From assembly GCA_013239625.1 (NCBI GenBank), contig MU054212.1, positions 10,030,898 to 10,094,897 of the forward strand: a stretch of DNA of 64,000 nt, in the 5' to 3' direction. Below the pieces are notes generated by a model. That model saw only the letters and a program-made list of their open reading frames with translations. It was not told the origin of the DNA and did no database searches. Position numbers and translations under genes: made by a program. The DNA is from Lama guanicoe. Taxonomy: Eukaryota. Below, piece by piece: positions 47,401-60,300 of the stretch (position 1 is its first letter; every line of letters starts with the position of its first letter).

Positions 47401-47900
47401 TCCATTATCTTCTGACATCTGTGGTTGCTAAAGGGAATTTTACTTGTCATCATGCTAATTGTCATTTCCTTTTATTAAAAGTAATCTGTCTATTTTTGAA
47501 AGCTTTTAATATTGTCATTTAATTCTTGATATCCTTTCCTTTTACTTCTATATAACTTGGAGTGGATTTTTAAAGTTGTATTATATATAATCTATAGTGT
47601 ATATATTATGAGTATGTGTAATATCTAATACACACACATACACACACACTGCTTCATAGTCTAACTTTCTTTTAAGTTTCTTTTGAAGATGAGAATGTCC
47701 ATTAGATATTTTTATTTTGATTTTCTTACATTTTTTATAATTCCCAGGTGTTACCTTCTTAAATATTGTTTCTTTATCCTTTCCTCCATTCTTTACCAGA
47801 AATCTGTCACCCTATTTTTCTAAGCCTTCAGTGACGTTTTTATCCCTTTTTGCTCTTGCTTCACGCCTAGGTTTTTTCCATAATTACTTCGTTTTTTTAT
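44461..47900 (-). mobile_element. Very old L1 (L1M/L1ME-like), ORF2 RT to EN to ORF1, split by L2
   Basis: Reverse complement of 44461-44495 is LSLFADD-like (AAACTGTCCTTCTTGCAGATG); ORF1-like antisense sequence at 46290-46350 resumes at ~47345 (AATTCTAGGTGTACAG...AAGATATTATTCCATTATCTTCTG). Confidence 0.65.
46370..47322 (+). mobile_element. L2a LINE, ~950 bp 3' portion
   Basis: CAGTCAGGCCTTTG...GAATCTGCTCTT...ATTGTCAAATCCA...CTGACCCATAAGCAGCACTGGGCACAGCTGACTACTCCTTCCTT (L2 RT-like) through the 3' end ATTATTTGCTGAGTGAATAAGTGA. Confidence 0.8.
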
Positions 47901-48582
47901 TGAGTATTGTGCCTTTGTGTGTCATTTAAGCATAATAAACATTTAGCTAAAAGCCTTTGTAAAATTGTTCTATAAAACAAACCCGCCTGGCTTGAATCCG
48001 TGTTACAATTCTTAAAATTACAAATGGCACATTTTATTAAGAGTTTTGGAGCAGTCTGGGTGGCTGGTGAGACTTTGTACCAAAATAGAACTTCCAAGAT
48101 TCTTCATGTCTGCAGGAACCTGATTCAGGTTAAGGGACTACCTCCACTTTAAATGCTGGCTTCCGTGTTGATGGAATTTATACTTTATATTTATACTACG
48201 CTTTTCTTCATTTACATTTTTTTGCCTACTACTCTGATTTTCATTGGACTAGACATACTTCCTTCATACCCCCTTTTTCCTCAGCTGTAATGGGAAAGTC
48301 TGCATTATATTTTTATTCTTAATGATTGTGTCTAAAACTCACATTTAAATAATTCAAAGGTAATCAGTGTCTTATTCGTATGCCCAAAAGTATAAAGACC
48401 TTGAGTCTTTGAAACTCCTATCACCTTCACGTTCTGTTGTCTTGTATTTCTTGCATTATTGCCAAACCCCCGACCTGTACTTTTCATTACTTTCCATCAA
48501 TACTTCTTTTAATGCACAAACATGCTGATTTTATTAGTCATTTAATACTTTCCTTGCACACCACTCCTCCCTCCTATCAAGC

Positions 48583-48720
48583 TGTTGGGGGATATATTCA
48601 GAATATTTACTGTCTCTCCTGTCATGGAACTATGCTTCCCTCGCTCCTGGCTGGGGAGCTTGTTTTGGCCGCTTAACTATGAGCAGAAGTGAAGTGTGCA
48701 GCTGCCGAGCTGAGGCGCTG
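48583..48720 (+). mobile_element. MLT1 LTR 5' fragment
   Basis: CTTGTTTTGGCCGCTTAACTATGAGCAGAAGTGAAGTGTGCAGCTGCCGAGCTGAGGC resembles MLT1H/I/J. Confidence 0.5.
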
Positions 48721-48929
48721 GCTGGATCTGGGGCGCAGAGGGTGGGGGGTCAGGCTCTCACCACTCACAATTTAGAAAACCAGGTCTGGATTCCAGGTGC
48801 GCTCAGCCCTACCGGGACGTCCCTCCTCTCAGCTGCTCTAGTGAGTCAAGCTAGGGAAGATGTGAGCCTGCGGAGGGTCAGTAGGTGAGTGCACCTAGAC
48901 GTTTAGATCTCTCTCCCTTTCTTTTTAAA

Positions 48930-50370
48930 TGATAGTTGCATTTACTTGTCTTTAAAATCCTGAATTTATATTGCTATATCCAAGTCTGATCCAGTACCAC
49001 GGGATTCATTCTCATTTATGCTCCTTCCATATTTATAATTATCTTCCCTTAAAGTGAGAATCCCTGCACCCATTATCTTCACTATATTTATCTGAGCAAT
49101 CACTTTGCATATAACCAATCTTCTGTCACCACTACTAGCTAATCTTGCCAACTTTGCTGTCATTCCAAGTGGCATTTCTCTGTAGGTATTTTTTTTAAAT
49201 ACAATTTTATTTTTTAGAAAAGTTTTAAATTTATGGAAAAATCAGGCATATAGCACTGAGAGTTCTCATACATCCTGCACCCACATTCCCCTTCTGTTAA
49301 CATCTTAACATTTGTTTGATATGTTTGTTACAATTAATGAGCCAACATCAACATGCTATTAACTAAAGTCCATGGTCTGTTCATGAATTTCTGTAGTTTT
49401 TGCCTAATGTGGATTTTCGCTTCCAAGAACGCGTTCAGGATAACACCTTACATTTAGTCGTTTCCTTGGGCTCCGTGTGATGGTGGCACTTTCTCGGACT
49501 TCCCTTGCACCATGTTCATCACATCACATCAGGACTGTGTGCTCTCACTGTGATTTATGACTGTTGATGTTGACCTGGATCTCCTGGCTGAGGTGTTGGT
49601 TGTTAGATTTCTCCACTATAAAATCGCTCTTTCCTCCTTTCCACACTTATGATTTGGAAGGAAGCCATTGCTGCAGCCGCATCTCAGGAGAGTGGAGTTA
49701 TGCTCCACTTCCTTGAAGGTGAATGATCTACGTAAATTATTTGGAATTCTTCTGCCCTGGAAATTTGTCTTTTCTCCCATGTATTGGTTTGTTTAACCAT
49801 TTATTTATATCACTATGGATTCCTGGATATTTATTTTATACTTTGAGTTATTACTCAGTACTACGTTATTTATTTTGTTGCTCAAACTGTTCCAGCTTCA
49901 GCTTTTGGAAGCTCTTTTGGTTGGCCCTGTGCTCCTTTGACATAAGCCCATCACCGTGGGGTTTTTTTTTTTTTTTGGCTTTTTCCTCCTTATTTTTTAG
50001 TACTATGACATTCAGTGCTCATCTTTATACTTCTTGCTCCAATCCTAGGATCAGCCATTTCTCCTAGGACCCTTCCTTCTTCCTTTTGTTAGAGATGGTG
50101 TTAGATACCAAGATTTGGGCACTAGGTTTGCTTGTTGCTATTAAAATGTTTTTTCTTTTAGGCTCTCCCAGCTGACAGCAAAGAACTATCTGTGTGCATG
50201 TTAACCTTTGTATATACACATATCAACACATATTTCTATACATAACCATCTATCAAAATTAACTTAAGCATGAATTCATACGAATATCTTCAACTCCAAT
50301 CCATGGTTACATGGGTCATTCTAGCCTCCCTTGCTAATCTGTAAATGCCCACTTCAATAGTGAGAATTTT
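48930..50370 (-). mobile_element. L1MC/L1MD-type 3' UTR fragments
   Basis: TTTTATTTTTTAGAAAAGTTTTAAATTTATGGAAAAAT...TTTGTTACAATTAATGAGCCAACA...TATTAACTAAAGTCCAT...GGATCAGCCATTTCTCCTAGGACCCT. Confidence 0.8.
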
Positions 50371-50719
50371 AATTGTGGCAATTTTAAAGATTTTCTTCCC
50401 TCTGGACTCTGTCTTTTTATCACATTGAAACTATAGGTGTAGATTTAATTTAGTCTATTTAAAACTCAATGTGTTCTTTTAATTGAAAGACATCTTTTAT
50501 AAAATTATGTATCTGTCTCAGACATTATGTCTTTGAGTACTACTGTTCCCCTTCTGGAACCCCTAGAATATACATATGGAATATTTCTTTCTGTCTTTCA
50601 TCTGTCTTACAATTTCTTTCATAATTCCCGTCTCATTTTATTTTTACACTGCATTCAGATGAATTCTGTCTATTTGTGTCAAGTTTAACAGTTTTCAGCT
50701 CTGTTTCTGTCTTTACCTT

Positions 50720-51500
50720 TTCTTTATATACATATTATATAAACACCACCTAGAAAAAGTTACAGAACATTTCCAGTATCAGAGAAGGCTCCATTCATCC
50801 TTTTGGAGTCAATGTTCCCCTGAAAGTTTCTCTGTAGCCGTAGATTACTCTTGTTGAGTTCCATATAGGTGGAATCATGAGTTTATATTACTTCTGTCTG
50901 GCTTTTAAAAATTAGTCAATTTTGTTTAATTTGAGATAATTTTAGAATTATAGAAATGTCATAAAAATAATAAAGTTCCCATAAAGCTTTCCTTTATGTC
51001 AACAGCTTTTATAACCATATGTCTTGGGTAACCATAAATACTCATTTCAATTAGATATATACCTATGTGTTAAATTGCTAGACATAAGGTCTACATGCTT
51101 TTAGCTTTGATCAATTGTGCCAAACTGTTTTCTAAAGTGGGCATGACAATGTACAATCAAACTCATCAATGTATAAGAATTCTAGTTGCTTCACATCCTT
51201 GCTAATTCTTGATATTGACAGCCTTTATAATTTTAGACATTCTGCTGGGTGTGCCGTAAATACCTCATAGTGTTTTAAATTTTCATTTCGGTTATAACTA
51301 ACGATGTTGAACATTTTTTCAAATATTCCTTGGCCATTTTGATATCTTTTTCGATGAGGCACCTTCACATCTTTTGTCTACAAGGTTTTTTTTTTTGGAT
51401 TGTCTATCTTTCTTTTATTGATTTATAGTTGTCTTAAATATATTCTGGGGAAGAGAGTTTTGTCAGTATGTGTGCTGCAAATATCTTCTGCTCTACCTTT
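50720..51500 (-). mobile_element. Old L1 ORF2 end and 3' UTR
   Basis: GTGCCAAACTGTTTTCTAAAGTGG...AATGTATAAGAATTCTAGTTGCTTCACATCCTTGCTAA...TAACTAACGATGTTGAACATTTTTTCA. Confidence 0.8.
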
Positions 51501-53484
51501 TGACTAATATGAAAATACAATGTTTCTAGAGGAAAATGTAGGAAAATATATTCATAACTTTGGGGTAGGCAAAATTTGTTAAGCATGACACAGCACTAAT
51601 ATTGAGAAAACATTGTTAAATTGGATTTATGAAGCCATTTTAATATATTTATTTCAGTCTTTTTAGTGTTAAGCAATCTCTGTTTTTTGTTATTTTGAGT
51701 TCATTCTCTCTCACAGAGATTTGTTTCTTCAAATGGCTTGTAATTTATTATTTAGTATTATTATTGTCATCATCATTATCGTCATCATCTATGGTCAGCA
51801 GAATTTAGTTTCTGTTGGAGTCCAGCAGTCTCTATACTTTGGAAAAATCCTTACATAACAGAATATTCTTTTGCCATTTCTTGGGCTTCCCTAATTATGG
51901 GCTAATTTTGTTTATTCCCAATCTGGCGTCTCCATTCCACATGTATACATTTAGAACTCAGAGGTACACTTGGAGCAGGCTTCATTATCCAGTATGTTTT
52001 GAGTGATCATGTCAAAAGCATCAGGAAAATAAGAAGATTCCTTGCTCTTTCCCTGGGCAGCTGGATGGAATTTTCTCGTCTCTGTTTAATGGATAGAAGA
52101 AAGCTTGACAACCCCCACATTTTATAGGCAGCTCGGTTCCAGTTCTCACACAGCAGAGACCTATGACTGGGTGGTAGGCAGGCAATTCTGACTAAGTTCA
52201 CTCTCCAAGTTTGCCCCCAGATCTCTGCTACGTGCTTAACTCTTGTATTTCCGAAACACAGAGATTTTATGGCTACATCAAGGAAAAATACATTTTAATA
52301 AATGCGGGACAAGACTATGAGGTCAGGGTCTTAGTCATCTCTGTATCCAGAGCCCCCTGCGTAGTACCATAGTTTATTGATTATGTGAATAAATTTAATA
52401 TTACATTTCAGCTCCATAATGCAGACTGAGGTGTGAGGAAGACGTAGCTGGAATCCATTTTCCTGAAAACTGCCTTTAGAATGATTCTGTTCTTGTTTGT
52501 GTAAGTTGTGACCATTTGACAAGAGTCCATGAGAAAGAGAATATGATAACCCTCTTGTCAATACCAAGGATGTGTCAATAATGGAAAAACTCATCTATGC
52601 AGCCTGTCCTGGGAACAACAAAGCAGACAATACCCATTGTCCATGTGTCATTTCTTAGTTGAGGACATAAAAACAGATCAAGGCAAAACCCAGTGCGTCT
52701 TTAAATTAGTGGCACAGATCCATGTCTGTATTTCTCAGTGTCATGTTTCATTCTGTTGAGCTATTTATGTCATCGTAACCCAAGGCATCTTAATGCAACC
52801 TGACATCCAGGTTATGTTGCATTAAAAAAAAAAGAAGCTATTGCATTTTGTTAATGGGCTGGAAAACATTCTGGATCTCTTTTTGTCTACCCAGAGTGGG
52901 GCTATCACATGTTGTGTGGGGGGCCCAGTTCTGTATTAAAGATTGTAAGATCAGAGACCTTCAGTTTAAGTCTGTCTGTAGTATTCCTGGAGCTTGGCCT
53001 CTCTCCCCTATTTTCTGTCAGCAATAGAGGTTTCAAGATTAATTTTGGTCAGGTAAAATGATCCTTCCTGATAGTGTTTCAAGATGACCACTTACATTGG
53101 GGACACACTCATCCAACTTTCCAAATCAAAATATCGCTCGCCTTTTAAGTTCTACTTAATGAAGTGCCTTCCAAAAAGCTTTGCTTCTTATCATTTAGTT
53201 TCCTTTTTTTCTGCTGAATTTTCATAACAAGTCATCTCAACTGATATGGCATATTTTTATACCCTAATAATACAGATTTTGAACATATATTTTAGCTCTA
53301 TCAAATATCTTAAATTTCTTCAAGATATGGGCTAGTGTAGTTTAGTGATTCTCTAATCTTCAGTGTCCATAAAAATAGTTTAGGGACTGTTTAGAAATTT
53401 AGCTGTTTGTTACACTACCAGAGCATTTAATACAATAGGTCATAAGTGGGAATCAGTCATTTTTATTTGTAATAAAAAGCTGCA

Positions 53485-55815
53485 GGAGAATAAATACAAA
53501 GAATACCAAACTTGGGCACATTCTGTCAAATTGCTGAAAACCAAAGACACATAGAGAACATATTTAAAGCTGCTAGGGAAAAATGGCATGTTGTATGCTG
53601 TGGAATATGAAAGATGGTTGATTTTTTGTCAGAAACAATGAAGGCCAGAAGACAATGGAATGGCCATCTTTAAAATTCTGAAATTAAAAAAAAAAAATGA
53701 ACCCACTAAACCAGAGTCTGTATGTAGCGAAAGTGTCCTTAAAAATGAAGGTGAAATACACATTTACAGATAAATGAAAGCTGAGAAAATTTGTTGCTAG
53801 CAGAGCTGTACAAAAAAAGTATTAAAAAAAGTTATCGAGTTAAAGAGAAATGATATCAGATGGGAATTTGCTTCCACAAGAAGGAATGAAAAGCACTAAA
53901 ATGATAAATATACAAGTTAATATAAAAGAAGAACTTTAAGATTTTCTTCTCTTAATTTCTTTAAAAGGCAAATAAACTCTTTAAAGCAAAAACGACATCA
54001 TTGTAAGGTGGAGTTAAAAAATATGTAGGAATAAAATATATGACAATACTACTACTAAATTTGGTGGAGTAATAAGAATAAACTGATTTGATTTCTTATA
54101 TTTGCAAAATTAGAAGTGTGAAGTGTAAGCAGTTAAAACATTAATTCTATGGATACTCTGATAAATTAAAGATACATATTGTAATTCCTTGAGCAACAAG
54201 GAAAAATATTTGTTTAATCTTTTTTGGGGAGGAGGTTATTAGGTTTATTCATGTATTTACTTAATGGAGGTACTGAGGATTGAACCCAGGACCTTGTGCA
54301 TGCTAGGCATTCACTCTACCACTGAGCTATACCCTCCTCACTGAAAAGTAATAATAAAAGGCAGTATAGTTAAAAAACCAATAGAGAAAATAAATCAAAT
54401 ACTAAATAAAATAGAATATTAAAGCTGTTCAATTAACCCCCCAAAACAGCAGAAGGAGAACCAAAACAGGGAAATGAATAGAAAATAAATAGCAGGGTGA
54501 CAGATTTAAATCCAACCATATAAATAGAAAATAGATTGAACACTGAAATTAAGAGGCAGACATTATCAGATTGGATATAAAAATAAAATATATACTGTCT
54601 ACAAGACATATATACCATTCAGCCTGTTTACATTTGATATATATAAATCATACAATCATAGATAAAGTGTAAACACTTCCTCTCAGTGGTTAATAGAACA
54701 AATAAGCAAAAATTCATTTAGGATACAGAGAATCTAACCATTATCAACCAACTTGACTGAATTGACTTTTAACAGAACACCATAGCCAACAACTGCAGAA
54801 TACATGTTATTGCAAGTGAATGTGGAGCATTCATCAAGCTAGAGCATATATTGACCCATAAAATGCATCTCATAAATTTCAAGAAGTTGAAATCTACAAA
54901 ATATATCTTCTGATTACAGTGGAATTAAATTGAAAAGCAGTAACAGAAAAATTCCCAAATGTTTGGAAATTAAGGAAGGCACCTCTAAATAACCTATGAG
55001 TCAGAGAAGAAATAACAAGAAAATGAGGAATTATCATAATGAAGGTACTGAACATCTTTGAACCTCACGGACCCAAAAAGCACCAACCGTAAAAATATAG
55101 ATTGACCTTGAATGGGTGGATGATAAAGCTTGAAAATAGCAAGTGAAGATACGGAGCAGCTAGAACTTTCAAACATTGGTGGTGGGAGTATCAAATGGTA
55201 TAACCACTTGAGAAAACTGGTCATTTTAATTTTAAAGCTCAATGTACACCTATACTATGATTTGGTGAACCCACTCCTAATTAATTATCCCAGAAGAATA
55301 AAAATATTTGTTTATGAAATGATTTATGTAATATAATTATGTTCATAATGGCTTTATTCACAACAGCCAAAAACTGGAAACCGTTCATATGGCTTTCGGT
55401 AAGACTACAGATAAACAAATCACGGTATCTTCATATCCTGGGATACTACTCAGCGACAAAAATGAATGAACTGCCGACACCTCCAAAAAGATGGATCTTA
55501 CAGATTTGATGTTGAGAGGAAAAGCCAGTACAAAAAAGTACATCTGTGTGACCCCACATACGAAGTCCTAAACCAGTCAAAATAATCTTATGGAGATTAG
55601 AAATCAGATTAGTGTTTGCCTGGACCAGTGAGGGGTTGGCTGCAAAGGGGCACAAGAAACCTTCTGGAGTTCTAGCAATGTTATGTATTCTTGACTGGGA
55701 TAAAGGCTACATAGGTGTATATTTTTTGTCAAAATCTATCAAAATAAATACTTAAAATCTGCATTTTATTTTATGAAAGCTATACCTCACTGAAGTACCT
55801 TAATACTAAAAAAAA
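53485..55815 (+). mobile_element. Internally deleted old L1 (ORF1, EN start, L1ME-like 3' end)
   Basis: ORF1-like GTCAAATTGCTGAAAACCAAAGAC...TTAAAGCTGCTAGGGAAAAA...TCAGAAACAATGAAGGCCAGAAGACAATGG; EN-like TACTGTCTACAAGA and TCTTCTGATTACAGTGGAATTAAATT; 3' UTR TGCAAAGGGGCACAAGAAACCTTCTGG; A tail near 55808. Confidence 0.8.
54220..54339 (-). mobile_element. Camelid tRNA-derived SINE inserted in L1
   Basis: GGAGGTTATTAGGTTTATT...AATGGAGGTACTGAGGATTGAACCCAGGACCTTGTGCATGCTAGGCATTCACTCTACCACTGAGCTATACCCTCC. Confidence 0.92.
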
Positions 55816-55824
55816 AAACAAACT

Positions 55825-56112
55825 TATGGACATCCAAATTCCTGGACTCATTTTGCAAATACTCTGATTCAGTGGGTCTGTGGTGAGAATCTGCTAATCT
55901 GTCTTTTTTTTAATATTTTTTTTTAAATTGAAGTATAATCAGTTTACAACGTTGTGTCAATTTCTGGTGCACAGCACAGTGCTTCAGTCATACATGAGCA
56001 TGCATTTATCTGTTTTCATATTCTTTTTCACAATAGCCTGCCTTTTTAACAAGAGTCCTTGGTTGATCTTAATGCACGTGGCCCATCAATTACACCTTTG
56101 AAAGTACTGATC
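55825..56112. mobile_element. MER5-like hAT MITE interrupted by L1
   Basis: AAATTCCTGGACTC...CTCTGATTCAGTGGGTCTGTGGTG...AATCTG [L1] CCTTTTTAACAAGAGTCCTTGGTTGATCTTAATGCAC...TTTGAAAGTACTGATCTA. Confidence 0.7.
55909..56037 (-). mobile_element. Short camelid-type L1 3' end with TSD
   Basis: Poly-T, then ATTGAAGTATAATCAGTTTACAACGTTGTGTCAATTTCTGGTG; TSD CTG[T/C]CTTTTT at 55899-55908 and 56038-56047, the latter followed by AA (canonical L1 endonuclease site). Confidence 0.9.
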
Positions 56113-56689
56113 TAACACAATATTGTATGGCCATAAGTGCTGATCACATTTTGTAAAAATAAATGAATTAGTCATAACTTTGAATTTGTTGTCTCTGAAT
56201 TCTTCTCTATTTCAAAAAAGATATTAACCTATTTTAAAAAAATGTTTTGCAAAGTATCAAACCTTATGAGGTTCCTCCAAACTGGATGAAGTAAACTTAC
56301 CATCTGTGCCATGATCCTTCCAGTGTTTGTTTCTGCAAAATCGCTTTTCCCCCACGGAAAAGCCTCTCCCAGTCTTTCTGTCGGCCTCACAGCCTCTCCT
56401 GCGAAAGCCTGATGACACAAAGCCCTTTCTAACTAGGCTTGTTTCTAGCATCTGACTGATAATGATTTTTCTCTTCTTTAAATCTTTCGTTCTTACTGAT
56501 CGACCTGTTTAGTCTGGCGCTAACACACTTATCAAACTGTACGGTTATTTCTTTCCCGTGTGAGTCTTTTCTCTCCAATAATATGTAAACACATATTAAA
56601 AACATTTCTATTTCTCAGTCTCTTGTAGGCTGTCTTCTCTTCCCGCCATGCTAGGTGAACTTCAAATGCTCAATAACATGTTTTTAAAT

Positions 56690-56900
56690 TAAGAACAGGG
56701 TATTTGGGGTTTGATGGAAGTTAGAATTCCAACCCTGGCACCCCCAAACTATAATATTTGGGAAACGTTTTTTTGTCTTCATTTATAAAAATGGGACTAG
56801 TCATCCTTTCTTCGTAAAGTTACTGCAAAGACTAAATGGGGTGAAGTCCATAAGCCACTTCGCGCATGGCCTTCATAAGTGTTTAACAAATGGTTGTTGG
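56690..56900 (+). mobile_element. MIR SINE
   Basis: TTCATTTATAAAAATGGGACTAGT...TTACTGCAAAGACTAAATGGGGTGAAGTCCATAAGCCACTT...GGCCTTCATAAGTGTTTAACAAATGGTTGTT. Confidence 0.55.
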
Positions 56901-58950
56901 TAAGATTGTTGTAGTTCATGTGCCATTATTGTGAAGTTGTGGCACTCTTATTTGTGTTGTTAAAGACCATACAGTATTAGCCTGGGAATTTAGAAATTAT
57001 ATAATTCAACCCACTTGTTCCTGTGGTTAGCAAACTGAGGCCACAGAGGAGTAGCCTGTTGATTATTGTGCCTTAAAAGAACAAGTTTCAAATTTCAAAG
57101 TTTACGTTCAGATTTACATTATGTTGTAATTTTAAAACCATGTTTGTTACATGCAGAGAGTATTTTTCCAGTTAAAGGGGTAAAACACTACTCTCCTTTT
57201 ACATGGAAGATGACCCTTGGGGTTTTTTCCCCCCTTATCTGGGTGTGAACTGTGTTCTTTATGATGTAGACCTGAGTTATAGAAGGGAGGACGAGCATCT
57301 TCCCATGATGTTCTGACCGTGTGTAGACCACACATGTATTCTCTCGTATTCACAAGTTTTCAGGTCAACCTCATCAAGGGAATAAATAATTAACTTGATG
57401 GCTAACTGTTCGCCTGTACTGTGATCACAAGGCTCAAAGGAAAGTATGTCTGACCTGACTTGGTCATGTGCTCTCGGTCGGTTGTTTAATTATTGACCAG
57501 TAAGGTAAATGTCTTCCCTGAAAATGCCCAGCCTCCTGATCTAGAGGCCACTAGAGCTCACTGGGGTGTCCATTCTTCCTCCCGTGTCAAGTGTCGCACA
57601 GAACGCAGAGAGGAAGTCTATATGGGAGGCTGCAGTTGGTGAAAGAAAGATAGATGAGATGGATGGGAGCTGGAGTACGAAAAACAGAAGCTTAATATAT
57701 TGAGGCTTTAAGAATGAATAAATGAGGGCCCGTGGAAGTGGACCTTTGCTAAAGGACTGCCGTGCAAGAGTGCAGAGTGCACAGACAGTACACGTGGGTC
57801 AGCAGTTGTGTTGTTGTGGCTGTAACACTCATCCTAGTTTCCCTCTGGAATGGTGGGTAGATTTTTAAAGGCAGTGAACTCCTGGATGGCGCTGCAGTCA
57901 CCAGCCCCCCACCTTTCTTATCCCTTGCCTGGGGCCTCCCTAGGTGTCCATGGTTAAGTGCCCTATAGAGCTGCTGATTATTGTGATTTCGTTTAACCAG
58001 CTCGACACATTCTCTGCTTTTCAATTTTTGATGTCAGTTCTAATGTGTTGGGCCAAACACGTTGGAACTTGTTAAGATTCTCCAAATAGCTTCTTTGTGC
58101 AGGAAAAATCACACCAGTGACAGGCCCTCCTCTCCACCTCCCTGGAGCTTTTATGCGTGTGCTATGCCCCCTACTGTCCCCATCACTCAGTCTCAGAGAG
58201 GAGCTGACATTTAGAGCCAGAGCTCAGATACCAACAACACTTACTATTTTTTAAAACTTCTTTCCTCTCTTTCCCCCTTATTCCATTCAAATGCTGAACG
58301 TAATAAAGTTGCCAAAACTCTCCCTCCATTGGAGTGAAAACCATTCATTTGTCGTCTCAATTTAAGATTCCTGACTCCAAATAGAAGGATATTCTCTGTG
58401 GACGTAATGGGACATTTAGCAATTCATTCGTTTTCCTCACATGCTACTTATTTAGGCACTCAGCAGTTGGCGGCTTTGATGTGGAGTGGTGAAATTATAA
58501 AGACATTACATATCATAAAAATATAAATGAAAGAAAACACAGACCCTCTTTTATATCAGGCTGAATTGACTGCTGTCATATTAAGGGTATTTTGTTTTAT
58601 AAATTATACCCGTTCCAAGGTATTCCCTTGAGTGAATCACTCCTTGGTTTCTTATTTCCTTTTTCTTTCTTTCTTTTTTTTTTTTAAACAAAATAGGCTG
58701 TTCCTTTCCAGTACATGGATGTAAAGAACTATAAAGGGCTCGAAAAAGAAGTTAATGTATCTGATACCCAGCTTCACCTGAAATTTGCAGTATTGGGCCA
58801 GCAATGCAGTCAGGTCATGCATGAGTTGCCAGTGCTAACTTCCATTGCTATGGGTTGGACAGAACGAAAGGACTTTGGAATAAAACCAGATTCATGAATA
58901 ATATTCTTTAACCTTTAGTTTCTTGAAAGAGTTCTACAAGAATGACCACC

Positions 58951-59247
58951 TGTCTTGGTCTGTTTGGGCTGCCATAACAAAACACCACAGACTGAGTAGC
59001 TTGTAAACAACAGAAACTTATTTCTTGCAGTTGTGGAGGCTGGAAGTCCAAGGTCGGGTGCCGGCATGGTGGGTGAGAGCCCTCTTGTGGGTGGCAAGCT
59101 TTTCCTTGTATTCTCACATGGCGGCTCTGTCCGCCTTCTTTTATAAGGACACGAATCCCATTCTAATCACCTCCTAATACCATCACCTTGGGGGTTAGGT
59201 TTCCAACACATGCATTTTGGAGAGACACAGACATTCATACCATAGCG
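58951..59247 (-). mobile_element. MaLR solo LTR, MLT1A-type
   Basis: TGTCTTGGTCTGTTTGGGCTGCCATAACAAAACACCACAGACTG...GGAGGCTGGAAGTCCAAG...CCTCCTAATACCATCACCTTGGGGGTTAGGTTTCCAACA...ACATTCATACCATAGC. Confidence 0.9.
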
Positions 59248-59585
59248 CTCTCTCCTGAATATTTGCTCTATGAAGTTAAGCTTGTTCTAAATACACTAGT
59301 AACTCCATCAATAATCTATTCTGTGTCTGTCCTTCATAAATGCATTCAGTTCTGGTCCCAGCTTTGCTCTCTGCTGTGTGGGCATGGCCAGCAGGGAGGA
59401 GATGGCAGCTCCAGGATGGAAGACAGACCTGCCTGGACCAGGGCCACGCGTGGGATTGCCCTGTATGCTGGAGCTGGTGAGGGGCCTTATTCAGTTACTG
59501 CCAGAAAGACCTGAGGTTGAGTAGCCCCAAGTGAGACAGGAGGGAAGGGGGCAGGGCACAACCATTGAAGTAATGACACAGCCAT

Positions 59586-59973
59586 TGAGGACAGGGCAAA
59601 CTGGTTAGAAACGGAATGGTGGAAGATTCGACTTCCAGTTGACCTTGAACCTCACGGCACATTCACAGGCGCCATGACAGTTCCTAGGCAGACCATAAAG
59701 GGTCGAAAAATTGGCAGGGGCCCAATTCCTGGAAATCCCTTCCCCTTCCCCTAAGTAGTTGGAATAATCCTTCTACTTGTTAGCATATGAAGCTACCGAG
59801 CGCATAAAAACTAACAACCCCGCACCTGGTGGTCTCTGTCTCTCTTGCCTTCTGAGATGGCCTGCACTTTCTCTATGGAGAGTTTCTCTATCTAAATAAA
59901 CTTGCTTTCATTTTACTATGCCTCACTCTTGAGTTCTTTCCTGTGTAAGGCAAGAACCTATTCCCCATCAACA
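59586..59973 (+). mobile_element. MER41-like ERV1 solo LTR (artiodactyl type)
   Basis: TG start; CGCCATGACAGTT, AATTCCTGGAAATCCC, GGAATAATCC, TTAGCATAT, CATAAAAACTAAC, AATAAACTTGCTTTCA and CTTGAGTTCTTTCCTGTGT follow MER41 organisation. Confidence 0.8.
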
Positions 59974-60152
59974 CAGGAAGAACCAAGCAGAAGGAGGAGC
60001 TGGAAGAGGACCGTGAGGTCATAGAAGTCAAAGCAAAGAAGAGAAGAATCAAGACAAGAGATTCAACTGAGAGAAACCTTGTCAGAATGAACAATGGGAA
60101 CAGGAATAAGACCAGGGCCAGCATAAGATAAAAGCAAAAGATGGGATTTCTT

Positions 60153-60300
60153 GGAGAGGGTATAGCTCAAGTGGTAGAGCCCATGCTTCACATGCATGAG
60201 GTCCTCGGTTCAATCCCTAGTACCTCGTATAAAAAACAAATAAATAAGTAGACCTAATTACCAACCCTCCAAAAAATAAAAATGAAAAATAAAATAAAAT
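60153..60300 (+). mobile_element. Camelid tRNA-derived SINE (Vic-1-like)
   Basis: GGAGAGGGTATAGCTCAAGTGGTAGAGCCCATGCTTCACATGCATGAGGTCCTCGGTTCAATCCCTAGTACCTC...AAATAAATAAGTAGACCTAATTACC...A-rich tail. Confidence 0.92.

Noticed and set aside
59974..60130. Purine-rich stretch translating to a charged peptide (KEELEEDREVIEVKAKKRR)
   Set aside because: No start or splice support and no recognisable homology; it sits between an LTR and a SINE and composition explains it.
60153..60230. tRNA gene (A and B boxes; also at 31975, 33856 and 54265)
   Set aside because: Each is followed by SINE-specific and/or A-rich tail sequence, and the copies are diverged; these are tRNA-derived SINE heads.
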